DNA of 64,000 bases from assembly GCA_010015585.1 (NCBI GenBank), contig ML975165.1; one strand, written 5' to 3'. The stretch is from Eremomyces bilateralis CBS 781.70. Taxonomy: Eukaryota. Under the pieces are notes generated by a model, which was not told where the DNA came from, searched no databases, and saw only the letters and a program-made list of their open reading frames with translations. Below, in pieces: positions 49,036 to 62,535 of the stretch; position 1 is the stretch's first letter; each line of letters begins with the position of its first letter. A program made the position numbers and the translations under genes.

Positions 49036-50209
49036 GGGTGGCGGGTGATGAATAAAGGGATAATTGCTTGATGATTTGATGGTTCTTCCACTCTAAAATG
49101 TAGTGCTTCGTTCAGAGTGTTTGCAAAGGGTGTGCTTTCTGAGGGCTGATGTGCTTTCTAAGAAATTCTGAGGAGGAGGAGTAGAATGGATTATTAGGAG
49201 GGATTTATAAATGCGAAACAACAGAAAAATAAAATCAGAGGCCCCGCCTTCCTAATTCGATCGCCGAGACAAACCACTCATGTGACAGGCTATTGGATTG
49301 GATAATTGGAAAACTTTGGTCGCTATACGGACGGAATTTCAGACCACCGAGCTTCAGTAATATGGGTTGCGCGGTTGATGTTGAGTTTGATATCTTTTGA
49401 TATTTTGGAAGTTGAAGATGCCTGTCAAGCTGCAGTAGAAACGACGCTGATTGGACCACGCAGAGTATACAGACGTCCGTGCGTACGAGGCGTTAAGGCG
49501 AATAGGCGATTAGGCATTGAGGCGACAAGGAGGTTACTTTACAGGGAACGCAGCGGAGTTCCAATTCAGCTCAGCTTGAGTGAGTGGGTCGTCGATGTGG
49601 CTTCATAATTCCATCAGTTCATGCTCTCACACCGCTCTGCTGCGCTGGGAAATCTGACAAGAGACTGGGCAAACGGGAGAGCAAAAGACTAAGCAGGCTG
49701 CACGATTCGAACAAGAGAGGAACCATCTGCATAAGAAGCCGTAGTCTTCAGATCTGATATCAACAGGGTGCTCAGGTCGTCTCTCGATCCACTTCCCTGA
49801 GATCCCCAGTCCAAAGGGGAGCCCCGCCATTCAGGGATCGTTTGTTGGACCACCCAGCTGCAGTTACGTACAGCGTCTCAGGCCTGGGCTTTCGCTGTAT
49901 CAGGCGGACACCTTTGCCCCAACCTGTATACCGGTATGCACCTCCGAACAAAGCCTACTCCGTCACTGCTAATTCCTTCAGCGGTTTGATGCACGATACC
50001 TACCTGTTCTTTAACGATTCCAGTCCCCTACTTCCAATCCCATCCCTCCCACCGCTGACTCACCCGCAACCACCATCCCACTATAACGATCTGAACTCCG
50101 ATCTCCCTCCATACCCCCCCCTTCAGCCATACTGGACGCCCTCCTCCAAACCCTCTCCGCCAGGCTCCTCGACCTGCGCCGCAACCCTCCCCCCCTCTCC
50201 TTCCCTACC

Positions 50210-51966
50210 ATGAGCAATGTCGACATCGGCCGCTACAGCAAGCGCGTCCTCCAATACTTCTGGGACCCGCCCCCCCGCAACGATGACCCGTCCGAGGCCC
50301 CCATCTGGGTGCTGGGCCGCCAATACGAGGCGATCGACCCCATCGACCGGAGCAGCATAGCGCGGGAGGAGGCCGAGACCCGTCGGCAGCAAGAAGATGG
50401 ACAGCGGCAACAACAGAATGAACAACAGAATGAACCACAGGATGAACCACAAACACAGAAGAACCAACAACGCATCCAAATCAACACCGGCCCACAATCC
50501 CCCTCCCCCTCCGCCTCCTCCAACCCCTCCCCCATCGACCTCTTCACCTCCCACCACAGCAAACCCCCCTCCATGGCCGCCAGCTCCACCAGCATGCTCG
50601 AACATCCTAGCGCCACCAGCAGTCTCGAAGACCTCGGCCGATCGCACGCCTCCTCCACCGACCCCCCCCCCTCCGCCAGCAACGGCAACGGCCCCGGCAG
50701 CACGAACGAGGACGCGGACGCGGACGGCGGGTGGCCGGCAGCGTTCCTGGACGACTTCGAGTCGCGTGTGTGGATGACGTATCGGTCGGGATTTCCGTGC
50801 ATCGAGCGGACGGCGGGGGCGGGGGCGGGGGCAGGGCTGAGTTTGGGGGTGAGGTTGAGGCAGCTGGGGGGGCAGGGGGGATTTACGAGCGATAGTGGGT
50901 GGGGGTGCATGATTCGGTCGGGCCAGAGCTTGTTTGCGAACGCATTGGTGATGTTGCGGTTTGGGCGAGGTGAGTGCAGTTCGCTCCCATAAATCAAACC
51001 ATCTCTTGCAGGGGTTGGACGGTAAGGACGCTGACGTTTTCACGCAGATTGGCGACGTGGTGAACGAGAAGCAGAGGAAAAAGAGCTCCTCGCGCTCTTC
51101 GCCGACGATCCGAACGCCCCTTTCTCCATTCACCGCTTCGTCGACCACGGCGCTTCCGCCTGCGGCAAACACCCCGGCGAATGGTTTGGCCCCTCCGCCA
51201 CCGCGCGCTGCATCCAGTAAGTCCCCCATCCTCTCATCCTCAAATCCCAACTGAGTATTATAGGGCGCTCGCCAACCAGCACGAGTCTCTCGGACTCAAG
51301 GTCTACATCACGGGCGACGGGCCGGAGGTGTACGAGGACGACTTTATGAAGATCGCGCGGACAGCGGACGGGGGGTTCGCACCGACGTTGATCTTGATCT
51401 GTACGCGGCTGGGGATCGATCGCGTGACGCCGGTGTATTGGGAGGCGCTGAAGTCAGCGCTGCAGATGCGGCAGTCGATCGGGATTGCTGGGTATGTTTC
51501 TCCATCTATTTTCTATCTGTCCATCCACCCATGCCACCCCTCTCCTAACCTCTTTCTATTCGACTTCTATGGTTGATACTAACTGTTTCGATCCAGCGGC
51601 CGCCCCTCCTCCTCCCACTACTTCCTTGGCCTCCAATCCACCTCCCTCTTCTACCTCGACCCGCACACCACGCGTCCCTTCCTCCCCCTCCCCACCCCCC
51701 CCACCGCCTACACCCCCGCGGAGGTCTCCTCGTGCCACACGCGGCGCCTGCGACGCATCCAGATCGCCGAGATGGATCCGAGTATGCTGATTGGGTTTTT
51801 GATCCGGGATGAGGAGGATTGGAGGGCGTGGAAGGAGAGCGTGGGGGAGGAGCCTGGGAGGAGAGTTATGCGGGTGGAGAGGGGGGTGGGGGAACGGGAG
51901 GGGGCAATGGGGGAAGTGGAGGTGTTGAGTGATGAGGAGGGGGAGGAGGAAGGGGTGGTAGTTTAG
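50210..51966 (+). CDS. ATG4: Cysteine protease Atg4, 3 introns
   Basis: [68 protein letters not shown]. Confidence 0.96.
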
Positions 51967-52827
51967 GTGGATTGATAATCGATATGGTATTATGATAACA
52001 TTGGTGGAGGTGTTGGAGTCCGGGTGTTGGAGCATGGATTCCGGTGCGGTGAAGCGGATGGATGGGTATCTTTAATCTTACCTATCTGGATATCAGCACA
52101 GCATAACATCACGCAGTTCCTCGCTTGGGATGATGGGAATGGAATCCCGACCTATAGGAAACAGAAATGCCGTGCAATTTTTATCCGGAATTCGTAACGT
52201 TGGTGAGAGGGTGCTGGGACGCTGGGTGCGGAATCGGTTCCGTGGGGTGTTGGCAGCGCATGCATGCCGCCAATCGACCCAGGAACGCGATTCGCGAGAT
52301 GCACGCCTTCACGACGCGTCTTACAGAGCCTCTATATCCCCTCAAAAGTCAAATGAGTTTGGTAGATACCAGCTCATGAAACCCATCTGACGAGCAAAGG
52401 TCAAGATTCAAATTTGAACATCCGAATGAGGAAATCAAAGATACAAAAATCACGAAATCAGAAACATTATTGGATCAAGATTGAATGAATGTAATGTTCT
52501 GCATGCTCGATTTCATTTCTTCGGAAGAAATACTGTACATCCCTTGACCCCCATCCATCCCCTGATGATGACTTTCCCTCGGACCATGTGACTTTCACGA
52601 TCCGACGGCTGATTGATGACTGGATTCGACGCAGACCATCCCATGAGAGGCATTAATGGAAAAAGAAAAGAATAGACCCGTGTAACACCGTTTCCCGAAA
52701 CCGTGGCAGTTCATCATGAACCACGAAAATTTCCGATTCCAAACCCATAAGCGGAATCGCCATCTCATCACTCCATCGCGCGCAAAGAAAGAACCAAACC
52801 CCGAAGAGACCGTCGTGTGATGACGGC

Positions 52828-53450
<623 letters not shown>

Positions 53451-54297
53451 TTCGACGATTTGATGCCTTTCGGAAAAGTTGGAAAGTTGGAAGTGATGAG
53501 TTGGATTGATGAGGATGGGTGAGTGTGTTTGTCAAAGATGCAGCGTGGTTGGGAATGTAGATGATGGATGAAGGAAGGAAAGAAAGAAAGAGGGTGAGAG
53601 ATGGGGGGCGTTGAGAGGTTTTTGTAGTGGGAGGGAGGGATGGGGAGGGGAGGAGTTGATGAGTTGATGAGTTGCTGTCTGATGAGTTGCTGGGTGGTGT
53701 GTGATGTGATGGGGGGCGGCGCGTTGGCTGGGCTGGGCTTACAGTTACATACAATTCTACAGCTGCAAGGGGGGGTTGCTGGGAGTGGGTGATGGACGAC
53801 GCGTTCTGTGTATTGCGGAAGGCAGGAAACCATCAATCAAGGGGATCTAACAGAGGAGCTTGACCGCTTCGGGAATGTTCTTTCCAACGCAGCCAATCAG
53901 ATCGCGTCGTGTTATGATGGAATCTAGAAGCTGCAAAAGGCAACAGTTAAGCTATCCTTCCCAAAGCGGTTTAGTGCCATCACTCATCCCAGATTCACGC
54001 TTTCTGGCTGATGCATCACCACCCCTCCCAAGGCATTCAGGCACCACTCAGGCATCCATCGCGTGTCGCGCATCAACACTCTCCTCCCTCATGGTGATGC
54101 TCCCTCCATCGCGCATTCTCGTGGCTGCCCATAAAAGCCCACGCGCCCCGCCATCCCTCACCACCCTTTTCTTTCTCCTCCTCTCTTCATCTTTCTATCC
54201 ATCCAACATCACTGCCAACTTGATCTATCGCACTCCATCGCATCTTTCAACCGAAACTCATATTCCATCCCGAATTCCAATTCCCCCACTTTCAAAA
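53451..54297. promoter_or_regulatory. Bidirectional H2A/H2B promoter region
   Basis: Divergent histone pair; CCAAT (AGCCAATCAG ~53891) and ACGCGT (~53799) elements present. Confidence 0.6.
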
Positions 54298-54986
54298 TGA
54301 CTGGAGGTAAATCAGGTGGCAAGGCCAGTGGCTCCAAGAGCACGGCTCAATCGTGAGTTTCCCCTTGAACGCGTTCATCGTACACACCTTCTGGACTTAG
54401 AGAGATTTCCATATCAATTATGAGATCTGAGCTTGAAGAAGTTGGATCTTGAATTGAAGTTTGAAGTCTATCCTATCTCACATCTACTTTTTCATTCAAA
54501 TGAACCAAAACTGACCCCAAAACTAGCCGTTCATCTAAGGCTGGTCTCGCATTCCCCGTCGGTCGTGTCCACCGTCTGTTGAGGAAGGGAAACTACGCTC
54601 AGCGTGTTGGTGCCGGTAAGCCGCAACCGCTCTCATCCGACACAACCACATCATTCTAACCCCATCTTCTAGGTGCTCCCGTCTACCTCGCTGCGGTCCT
54701 AGAGTACCTGGCTGCCGAAATCCTCGAGTTGGCCGGTAACGCCGCCCGCGACAACAAGAAGACCCGTATCATCCCCCGCCATCTGCAGCTCGCCATCCGT
54801 AACGATGAGGAGTTGAACAAGCTGTTGGGCCACGTCACCATCGCGCAGGGTGGTGTGCTTCCCAACATCCACCAAAGTACGTTTTCCTTTTCGGTCAGGA
54901 TGGGTCACATTTCGCTAACCGTTTTTTCAGACCTTTTGCCCAAGAAGACGGCCAAGGGTGGCAAGGGCGCCAGCCTGGAGATGTAA
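54298..54986 (+). CDS. HTA1: Histone H2A, 3 introns, C-terminus GASLEM
   Basis: [47 protein letters not shown]. Confidence 0.98.
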
Positions 54987-55629
54987 GGTGGTGGTGGTCA
55001 TGGTGGGAATGGCTTCTTTCGTTTGACACTTGGCGCGACACAATGGGGGCTGCTGCTTTTTTGATCTCCAATGATAATGGGGGTCATCGGGACACGGGGT
55101 CTGGGAATTCATGGCTTTTTTCTCTGAATCATTCGATCATCAACGAAAGCCGGTGTATATTATATCCATGGCTATGGATAGGAATTCATGAACGGAGCTG
55201 ATGGGTCCGAAGTGGACTTATTTCAATCTTTATTTTCCACATTCTGCTTAGTGATTTGTGAATGCATTTTGAGTCTGATATTCGGTTTTTGATATCTATA
55301 TTTGACGCGTATGGAACTCGGGATGAACGCGTCTTGACTCGTTTGGAAAATGGAGATACATATGGCAGTTTCACATTTATAGGTACACTAGAAATCAGCG
55401 ATATCTAATCATAAAATGTTCTTTTTTAATTTCCCCTTATGGAAATCCTTGGATTTGGAATATATCTACACCTCGACGCAAATCTCCCATGTTGATCGAC
55501 GGATAATGGATACGATGCTCTAGAATCCTCCGTAGAATCACTCATACATCCGGACCACCGTCCAACGTCCATATCTAACTGAACCCAACGACTCAATTCC
55601 CCTTCTTCCCCTCCACCCCAACCCCTCCC

Positions 55630-56420
55630 TCACAAATCCATCTTCGGCGGTGCTACACATTTACGTCAGCTCACCCACCCCCACAAACCAAAGTCAGAAC
55701 CGGGAAACTCACGATCCAAAATCGGCGCCTCCAAATTCCTCTCCCACTTCGACCCTACAACAAATCAGCCATATCCCCTTCTCAACCCTCCGAACTGGAA
55801 AAACTCACCTCCCGGCGCCGTCGGCGCCCGATACGGTTCCGGATGCTTGTATTCATCGAGGATGCGCTCGGCTTCTTCGATGAGGACCTGCGCACCACAA
55901 AGGTTAGTCAGTTACCCGGGTTATTTGGTAGGGGTCAGATAGGTTGAAGGGGGGGATAGAGGCGTACCCGCTGCGTCCGTCGGTCATTCACGGCGAGGTT
56001 TGCGTCGAAGACGGTACGGATGTACATGGCTTGGCCGCGCCAGGCGGCGCGGTCGTTACACCAGTCGAGGGAGAGTTTGAGGGCGCGGCGGTAGAGGGAG
56101 CTGGATGATTAGTTCTCGTCAGCCTCGTTCTTCTCCGGGGAGATGTCTCTCTATCCATCATCTATCCAGCTCGTGCGATGGTGGAGGATGTGCGGCTCAC
56201 CAGACTTTCGCTCTATGGGAGAGGGTCATGTCGGGGACTCTGCGGCGTGTCAGCGATGGTCATTATCGCGAGGGTGAGCTGGGGAGAGGTACTCGTAGGC
56301 GGGGGTCATTCGCTCGGGGGACACGACGGTGGCCGAATAGGTTCGTGAGGCCATGATGCTGCGGTATGTCGTCCGCTTCAGGGCGCACACGCGCCTACTG
56401 CCGGCGATGAGGGGGGTCAT
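55630..56420 (-). CDS. NDUFB9: NADH:ubiquinone oxidoreductase B22 subunit (LYR family), multi-exon; start uncertain
   Basis: Spliced SLYRRALKLSLDW..YIRTVFDAN..YKHPEPYRAPTAPGGSKWERNL; largely missed by the ORF track. Confidence 0.88.
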
Positions 56421-56902
56421 GGTGTCGGATATGGTGATCCAAACTCGTTGGTCGAGAAGGATCTGGTTTGAGGGGTGGTGATGGGGGGGTTGGCGGGTTG
56501 ACGGTGCAATTGATGACGATTCAAGCACTGGTATCAATTGTCAAGTGGGAGGTCGAATGGAAGTTCATCTAGGTACAGCACTCAGCAGCAGCTCTGTGGC
56601 GCAGTCTTTCTGTGGCTCATTTCTTGGCACGGACACACGGCAAAGTCGGCGGAACAGGGATGAGTTCCTTGCAGTTCCTTGCTGATGTCCTGCCTTCTGT
56701 GACGAAACAAGAATCGACATGATTCAACTTTCTCCCATCCAACTATCTTTTTCCACCTTCCCTTAGATTCGCTCGCCCACTGTTCCCCCATCCTTCATCT
56801 CCCTTCTCCTCCCCCCCCTCCCTCCTCTGCTGAGCGCCATTGTGTGCTCGGGTGCCCACCCTCGTTTCCCCATCGTAGTCCATCCATCGAGCGATAGCGA
56901 CC

Positions 56903-58653
56903 ATGCTCGCTCGACAATGCCTCCGCAGTAGGCCGGCTACGGCGTCATTGCGGCGATGCTGTGAATATTCGACCACGAGCTCGCTGCCGAGGAGCTCTTT
57001 CACGGTATTGAGGAGCGCGTCGTCGCTGTCGTCGCTGTCGTCGACGTCGAGAAGTCCATTGAGCGCGCCAACGTTTCGGTAGGTTTGCGTCCTTGGAAGA
57101 GCTCGTATTTTGAATTCGTCGCGCTGACGGCGGTTAGTTCATCGCGGAAAGATGGGGTTTCCTTCCCTTCATACGTCCAGATGAGGGGATACGGTCAGCT
57201 TGTTCGTTCGACGCTGGGATGCGATAGATGCTAATGGTTCGAAGCCGAGAAGGTTGTTAAGGTTCCGGAGATGGCGGAGTCGATCACGGAGGGAACCTTG
57301 AAGCAATTCTCGAAACGTGCGTTGGAAGACAGTGCTAAGGACTAGATGGATGCAGGCTAATATCATTCTAGAGATTGGCGACTATGTCGAGTTGGATGAG
57401 GAGATCGCGACGATCGAGACCGACAAGGTATGCTCCAGAGACGTGTCCTACGGCATAACTCTAATGCGTCTAGATCGACGTCTCCGTCAACGCTCCCGAA
57501 GCCGGTACCATCAAGAAATTCCTCGTCAACGAAGAAGACACCGTCACCGTCGGCCAAGACCTCCTCTTGCTGGACGCCGGCGGCGAGAAACCCCAGGAGG
57601 ACCCGAAGAAAGAAGAAGCCCCCGCCGCACCCAAAGCACCCGAGGAACCGCCAAAACCCAAGGAAGAGCCCACGCCCGCGCCACCCAAGGAAGAGCCCAC
57701 GCCCGCGCCACCGAAAGAGGAGACCAAGCAACCCTCCCCTCCTCCCCCTCCCCCACAACAAGCGAAGCCCACCCCCCCTCCGCAACCCAAACCGAAGCAA
57801 GAACCTAAGAAACCTGAACCCTCCAAAGCCGCTCCCGGCTTCGGCAACCGCGAAGAGCGCCGCGTCAAAATGAACCGCATGCGCCTCCGCATCGCCGAGC
57901 GCCTTAAGCAATCGCAGAACACCGCCGCCTCGCTCACCACGTTCAACGAAGTCGACATGTCCTCGCTCATGGAGCTCCGCAAGCTCTACAAGGACGACGT
58001 CCTCAAGCGCACCGGCGTCAAGCTCGGTTTCATGTCCGCCTTCACCCGCGCCTGCATCCTCGCCATGAAGGACCTCCCCGCCGTCAACGCCTCCATCGAG
58101 GGGCCCAGCGGCGGCGACACCATCGTCTACCGCGACTACGTCGACGTCAGCGTCGCCGTCGCCACCGAGAAGGGGCTGGTGACGCCCGTCGTGCGGAACG
58201 TGGAGGAGATGGACCTCGTGGGCATCGAGAAGGCCATCGCGGACCTGGGGCGCAAGGCGCGCGACAACAAGCTGACCATCGAGGATATGGCGGGCGGCAC
58301 GTTCACGATCAGCAACGGCGGGGTGTTCGGGTCGTTGATGGGGACGCCGATTATTAATCTGCCGCAGACGGCGGTGTTGGGGTTGCATGCGATCAAGGAG
58401 AAGCCGGTGGCGATCAATGGGAAGGTGGAGATCCGACCGGTTCGTTGTTTTTCGTCTATCAAGGAGGCCCATGACTAACGTGCGCAGATGATGTACCTCG
58501 CCCTCACTTACGACCACCGACTCCTCGACGGCCGAGAAGCCGTCACCTTCCTCGTCAAGGTACATCCACCCCTTTCCCATCCCCAATCACTCGCTAACAC
58601 CCATCTAGGTCAAGGAATACATTGAGGACCCCCGACGGATGTTGATCGCATAA
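56903..58653 (+). CDS. KGD2: 2-oxoglutarate dehydrogenase E2 (dihydrolipoamide succinyltransferase)
   Basis: [10 protein letters not shown], lipoyl motif [40 protein letters not shown]; 27-bp linker duplication (PKEEPTPAP x2) at 57657-57710. Confidence 0.97.
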
Positions 58654-59968
58654 TTGTACTCCTCGCATCTGGTTTCCCGTCTTGTATATTGATTATTGAC
58701 CCGTGCGAGCTTGGGGATCTGCCGCGACCGCTCGCATATGGGCCATGTGGATTAAGCTTGGATGTATCATAGAGTTCATTATTGAAAAGTTGAATGCTCC
58801 CGCTCCGGTTCTCTTGTTCGGACGTGTCGCATCCATCACGCTGCCCGACCTAGCTAAGGATGGATCTCTGTGTCCATACGTCGTTTTCGCCTCACCGTCG
58901 CCCTGTTCCGTCTGATGTCTGTAACCATTTGCCGGATCGGCAATCCCTCGTGGCCCCTACACTTTGCTTCCGGGCCACACCATGATTGACTCTCGAAGTC
59001 CCCTCTGCAACGTCCGCTGACGCCATCTGCATGATTGCCTGTGATCCCTGTTCCCTGGTATCCCATCGCCATAGATGCATAGACACGTTCTCGACCAGTG
59101 TGGTGTATCAGACTTGCGTCGGGGACGTTGTCGGGTTGTGTTTCGATTCCGTACATAACCGTGGGATCTGTTTGGGTTTCTTACTGATTATTGTGGCTTT
59201 TGGATCTAACTCGGTGCGTAGGATGAGTCTTGGGTGGGTAGGCCCCTTTTCCGTGAGCGTGGTATACATTTGTTAGGTTGATGCGCATCCTGAGATGGTA
59301 TCGTGGAAATCGCTCGAGTGCCGTTTATAGCCCCACGACAATATTTTTCTTTGTTTTTTACTCTTTATGATAACTATATTCCTTATGTTGTATATATACA
59401 TAAGTTTCCAGTTAAATTTCCATGTATGGTGGGTGTTATGGTGGATTTTGACAAAAAGTCTTATTTAATTCTCAATCTCAACACTCGCAATATAATTCTC
59501 AACATCATTTCTGTTCTAAAACAACATATCACCAAAAACGTCACAGAACATGCAATTAGCATACGAAAATGAAGTCGAAACGTACCAGAGAGGTTCTTAA
59601 AGGGAACGAGATCATATTTATTTGAATTTCATAGACATAAATCGTGGTGGGTATCTATAGAAGTCCTGTCTTTAAACTCCATGCTGCTCTCTGAATACGT
59701 GACGGTTCACCACTCGGCCATCCACGCCGGTCATATCCCCTATAATAAACCGAGTACGAGTAGCGTCTCGAGAAAAGAGGCAATAAACATCATGCCTCAT
59801 TTCATCATAAAGCACGCAAAGAATATAGAATATCTGGAGAAAGTCAGGAGCTGGTCACGACCCGGATAGCGCAGGACCATACGTGAAGAGAGAATCAGCG
59901 ACAACCTTCTCGTAGCATGGTCAAGAGGAGCCATAGAGTGTAAAAGAAGCCATGGACTCCCTCGGTCA

Positions 59969-60830
59969 TCAAGTGGCCTCGCTCCACGCCTCCCGGTCGT
60001 CATCATACCCGACCGTCCCGAACTCGATGCCCATCATCCGGAGCATCATCCCCATCGTAAACGACTGCCAACAATTAGCCTAACCCACCAAGCTCATTCT
60101 ATCAGTAACTCACCTCATCATCCGGCCCGTCCAACAACCCATCCTCCCCCCGATCCTCTCTCTCATCCTCACCCCCCTCTTCCCCATCATTGTCATCCCC
60201 CCCTCCCTCCTCCCCCCCCCTCTCATCATCCCCCCTCTCATCCATCCACCCCCCACTACTAAACTCCTCCACCCTCCTCCTCCTCTCCCGCTCCCGTTCT
60301 CTCCACGCCCCCACCCCCCCCATCCCATTCACCTTCTCCCTCGCCGTCGCCCACATCTCCTCCGCCGCCGTCCTCGTCGCCGCGCGCCACTTGCCGACTA
60401 GCGCCTCTAGCTCAGCGTCTTTGTTCTGCGTCGTGACGGCCAGCGCGGTCGTGAGAATGTCGATGTCGCTGGTTGTGGTGGTTTGTTGGCGGCGGAGGGC
60501 GGTGAGGTGAGTGGTGAGGGTGGCGATGGTGGATTTATCGGCGGAGGTGAGGGAGGGGAGGGTGTTGGTGGTTGGGTTGTTGGTGGGAGTTTCAGTGGGG
60601 GACTCGGTGGTGGTGGTGGTGGTGGTGGTGGTGGTGGTGGTGGGTGATGGAGGCAGTTTGGTTGGTGATGGAACCGTAGCTACAGTAGCCTTGACATTGC
60701 GGAGTGGAGAAGGCGCCGGAGTAAAGGTATTCAGGGAATCGGTCTTCGTCTTCAATGGGGACCTGAATGGCTTCCTCAGGGTGCTCTGCGCTGCGTCGAC
60801 GCGTCGGCGTTTGGTGGGTGGATCGGACAT
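59969..60830 (-). CDS. Sfr1/Mei5-like Swi5-dependent recombination repair protein
   Basis: LRKPFRSPLK, ELEALVGKWRAA..AAEE, last exon FTMGMMLRMMGI..GYD..W. Confidence 0.8.
60606..60641. repeat. (GGT)12 coding microsatellite (poly-Thr on the minus strand)
   Basis: Perfect trinucleotide run within the Sfr1-like gene. Confidence 0.9.
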
Positions 60831-61190
60831 CTCGATGGTAAGTTCAGACGGGATACATGTGGGGGTTAGATATTGCAACAATAGAGATTCTCGAATTGTC
60901 GGTTACCACAGAAAAGCAAAGCGGATGTGAAATGCTGATCTTATGGAATAGATGTGACTTGTGACTTGTGGTTCGGATGCATCGAAAGAGGAAATCGATC
61001 CGCCAACTGCAAGGGGATCAACTCAGCAAAAAGCAATTGACGTCAGTGCGGTCGGGGGGCTTCAAATTCAATACCTATATCACCAACGTCTATCATCCAT
61101 AACACTACTCTGTTTATATGAACAAAAACTCCAATTGGCCCTATATACCCTCCTATTAACTCATATTAAAGTTCATTAAATCTCCCCATC

Positions 61191-62019
61191 ATGGTTCTCC
61201 GCTGGTACGTCCCCTCATCCATTACCAATCCAGTAGCCCCTAACACCCATCAGGTACCAAGCGAAGCTGGCCGCTCGGCCGATATTGACTCAGAGTATTA
61301 CTACCGCCGTACGTAAAGTATCCTAAGATCCCAATTAGAGACTTCCGCTCACCCTCGCCCCCTAGGTCCTCTTCGCAGCCGGCGACACCCTCGCCCAACA
61401 AGCCGTCGAAAAGCGCGGCCTCAACAAACACGACTTCTCACGCACCGGTCGAATGGCCGGCTACGGCGGCGGTATTTATTCATTTATCCCCAATCCCCAC
61501 GCGAGAACCATCCTCTTCTAACACCTCGCAACAGCTGTCTTCGGCCCCGCCGCCACCTTCTGGTACCGCCTTCTCTCCCGCGTCAACCTCCAACGCCCCG
61601 CCCTCGTCCCCCCCCAACCCACCGGCACCCGCCCGCCGACCGACCCCATCTCCATCCCCCTCCCGCCGCCCGCCCCGGCGCGCCATTTCCCGACGATCCT
61701 TGCGCGCGTGGCGCTCGACCAGGCGGTGTTCGCGCCGACGAACATGGCGGTGTTCCTGAGCAGCATGGCGTACTTGGAGGGGGGCAGCGCGCGGGAGAAG
61801 CTGCGGAAGACGTGGTGGACGGGGATGAAGAAGAATTTTTTGGTGTGGCCTGGGGTGCAGGTGGTGAATTTTGGGTGGGTGCCGTTGGAGCATCGGGTGT
61901 TGGTGGTGAATGTGGTGGCGTTGGGTGAGTTTTGGGTCTTGCTTTTTTTCGGTCTTTTGGGCGGGGGCTAACGAGGTGTAGGTTGGAACTGCTATTTGAG
62001 CTATATCAACAGCCAGTGA
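61191..62019 (+). CDS. SYM1: Mpv17/PMP22 family protein Sym1, 4 introns
   Basis: [58 protein letters not shown]. Confidence 0.92.
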
Positions 62020-62535
62020 ACCTTGGATCGTTGTTTGGTGGACGCGAATACACAATGGGAGGGTGATGTCCGCTGGACGGGCCATTGGAATGGCGTACTA
62101 TTGAATAAGTCGGTTTAAATAGACCAGGAGCAACATACATCAAGACAGCAAGGAAGAGAAGATCAAGAGCGACGATCAAAAGGAGTTCAATTTAAATGGA
62201 AAGCGGCAACAGCTTCAGTGGACGAACGTCACCAGGGTATCTAACAGGTACAACAACAGGAGAGAGCCCCAGATGACTGATGGAGCAATCACAAGGAACG
62301 AAAAACAAAATATAGAGGTCATAGATCGCTTTTTCTCAAAGGACCGTGGTATCATGAAAAGCCCAATCCGTCCCCGAACACAAGAAATCGCACTGCTGCC
62401 GCTACTGTACAGTCTAGAACTGTTCGTGTCATATCGTCCCATCTAACCACCCCCTAGGCTCTTTTACTATAGGCTAAAACATCGTCCAAAGCGGTGTTCC
62501 TTCAAAAACGCAGTAAATCAACATGCTATGCTTCC

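Noticed and set aside
52565..52612. Possible C/D box snoRNA (ATGATGA..CTGA)
   Set aside because: The boxes are too close, there is no terminal stem, and it lies antisense in the H2B 3' region.
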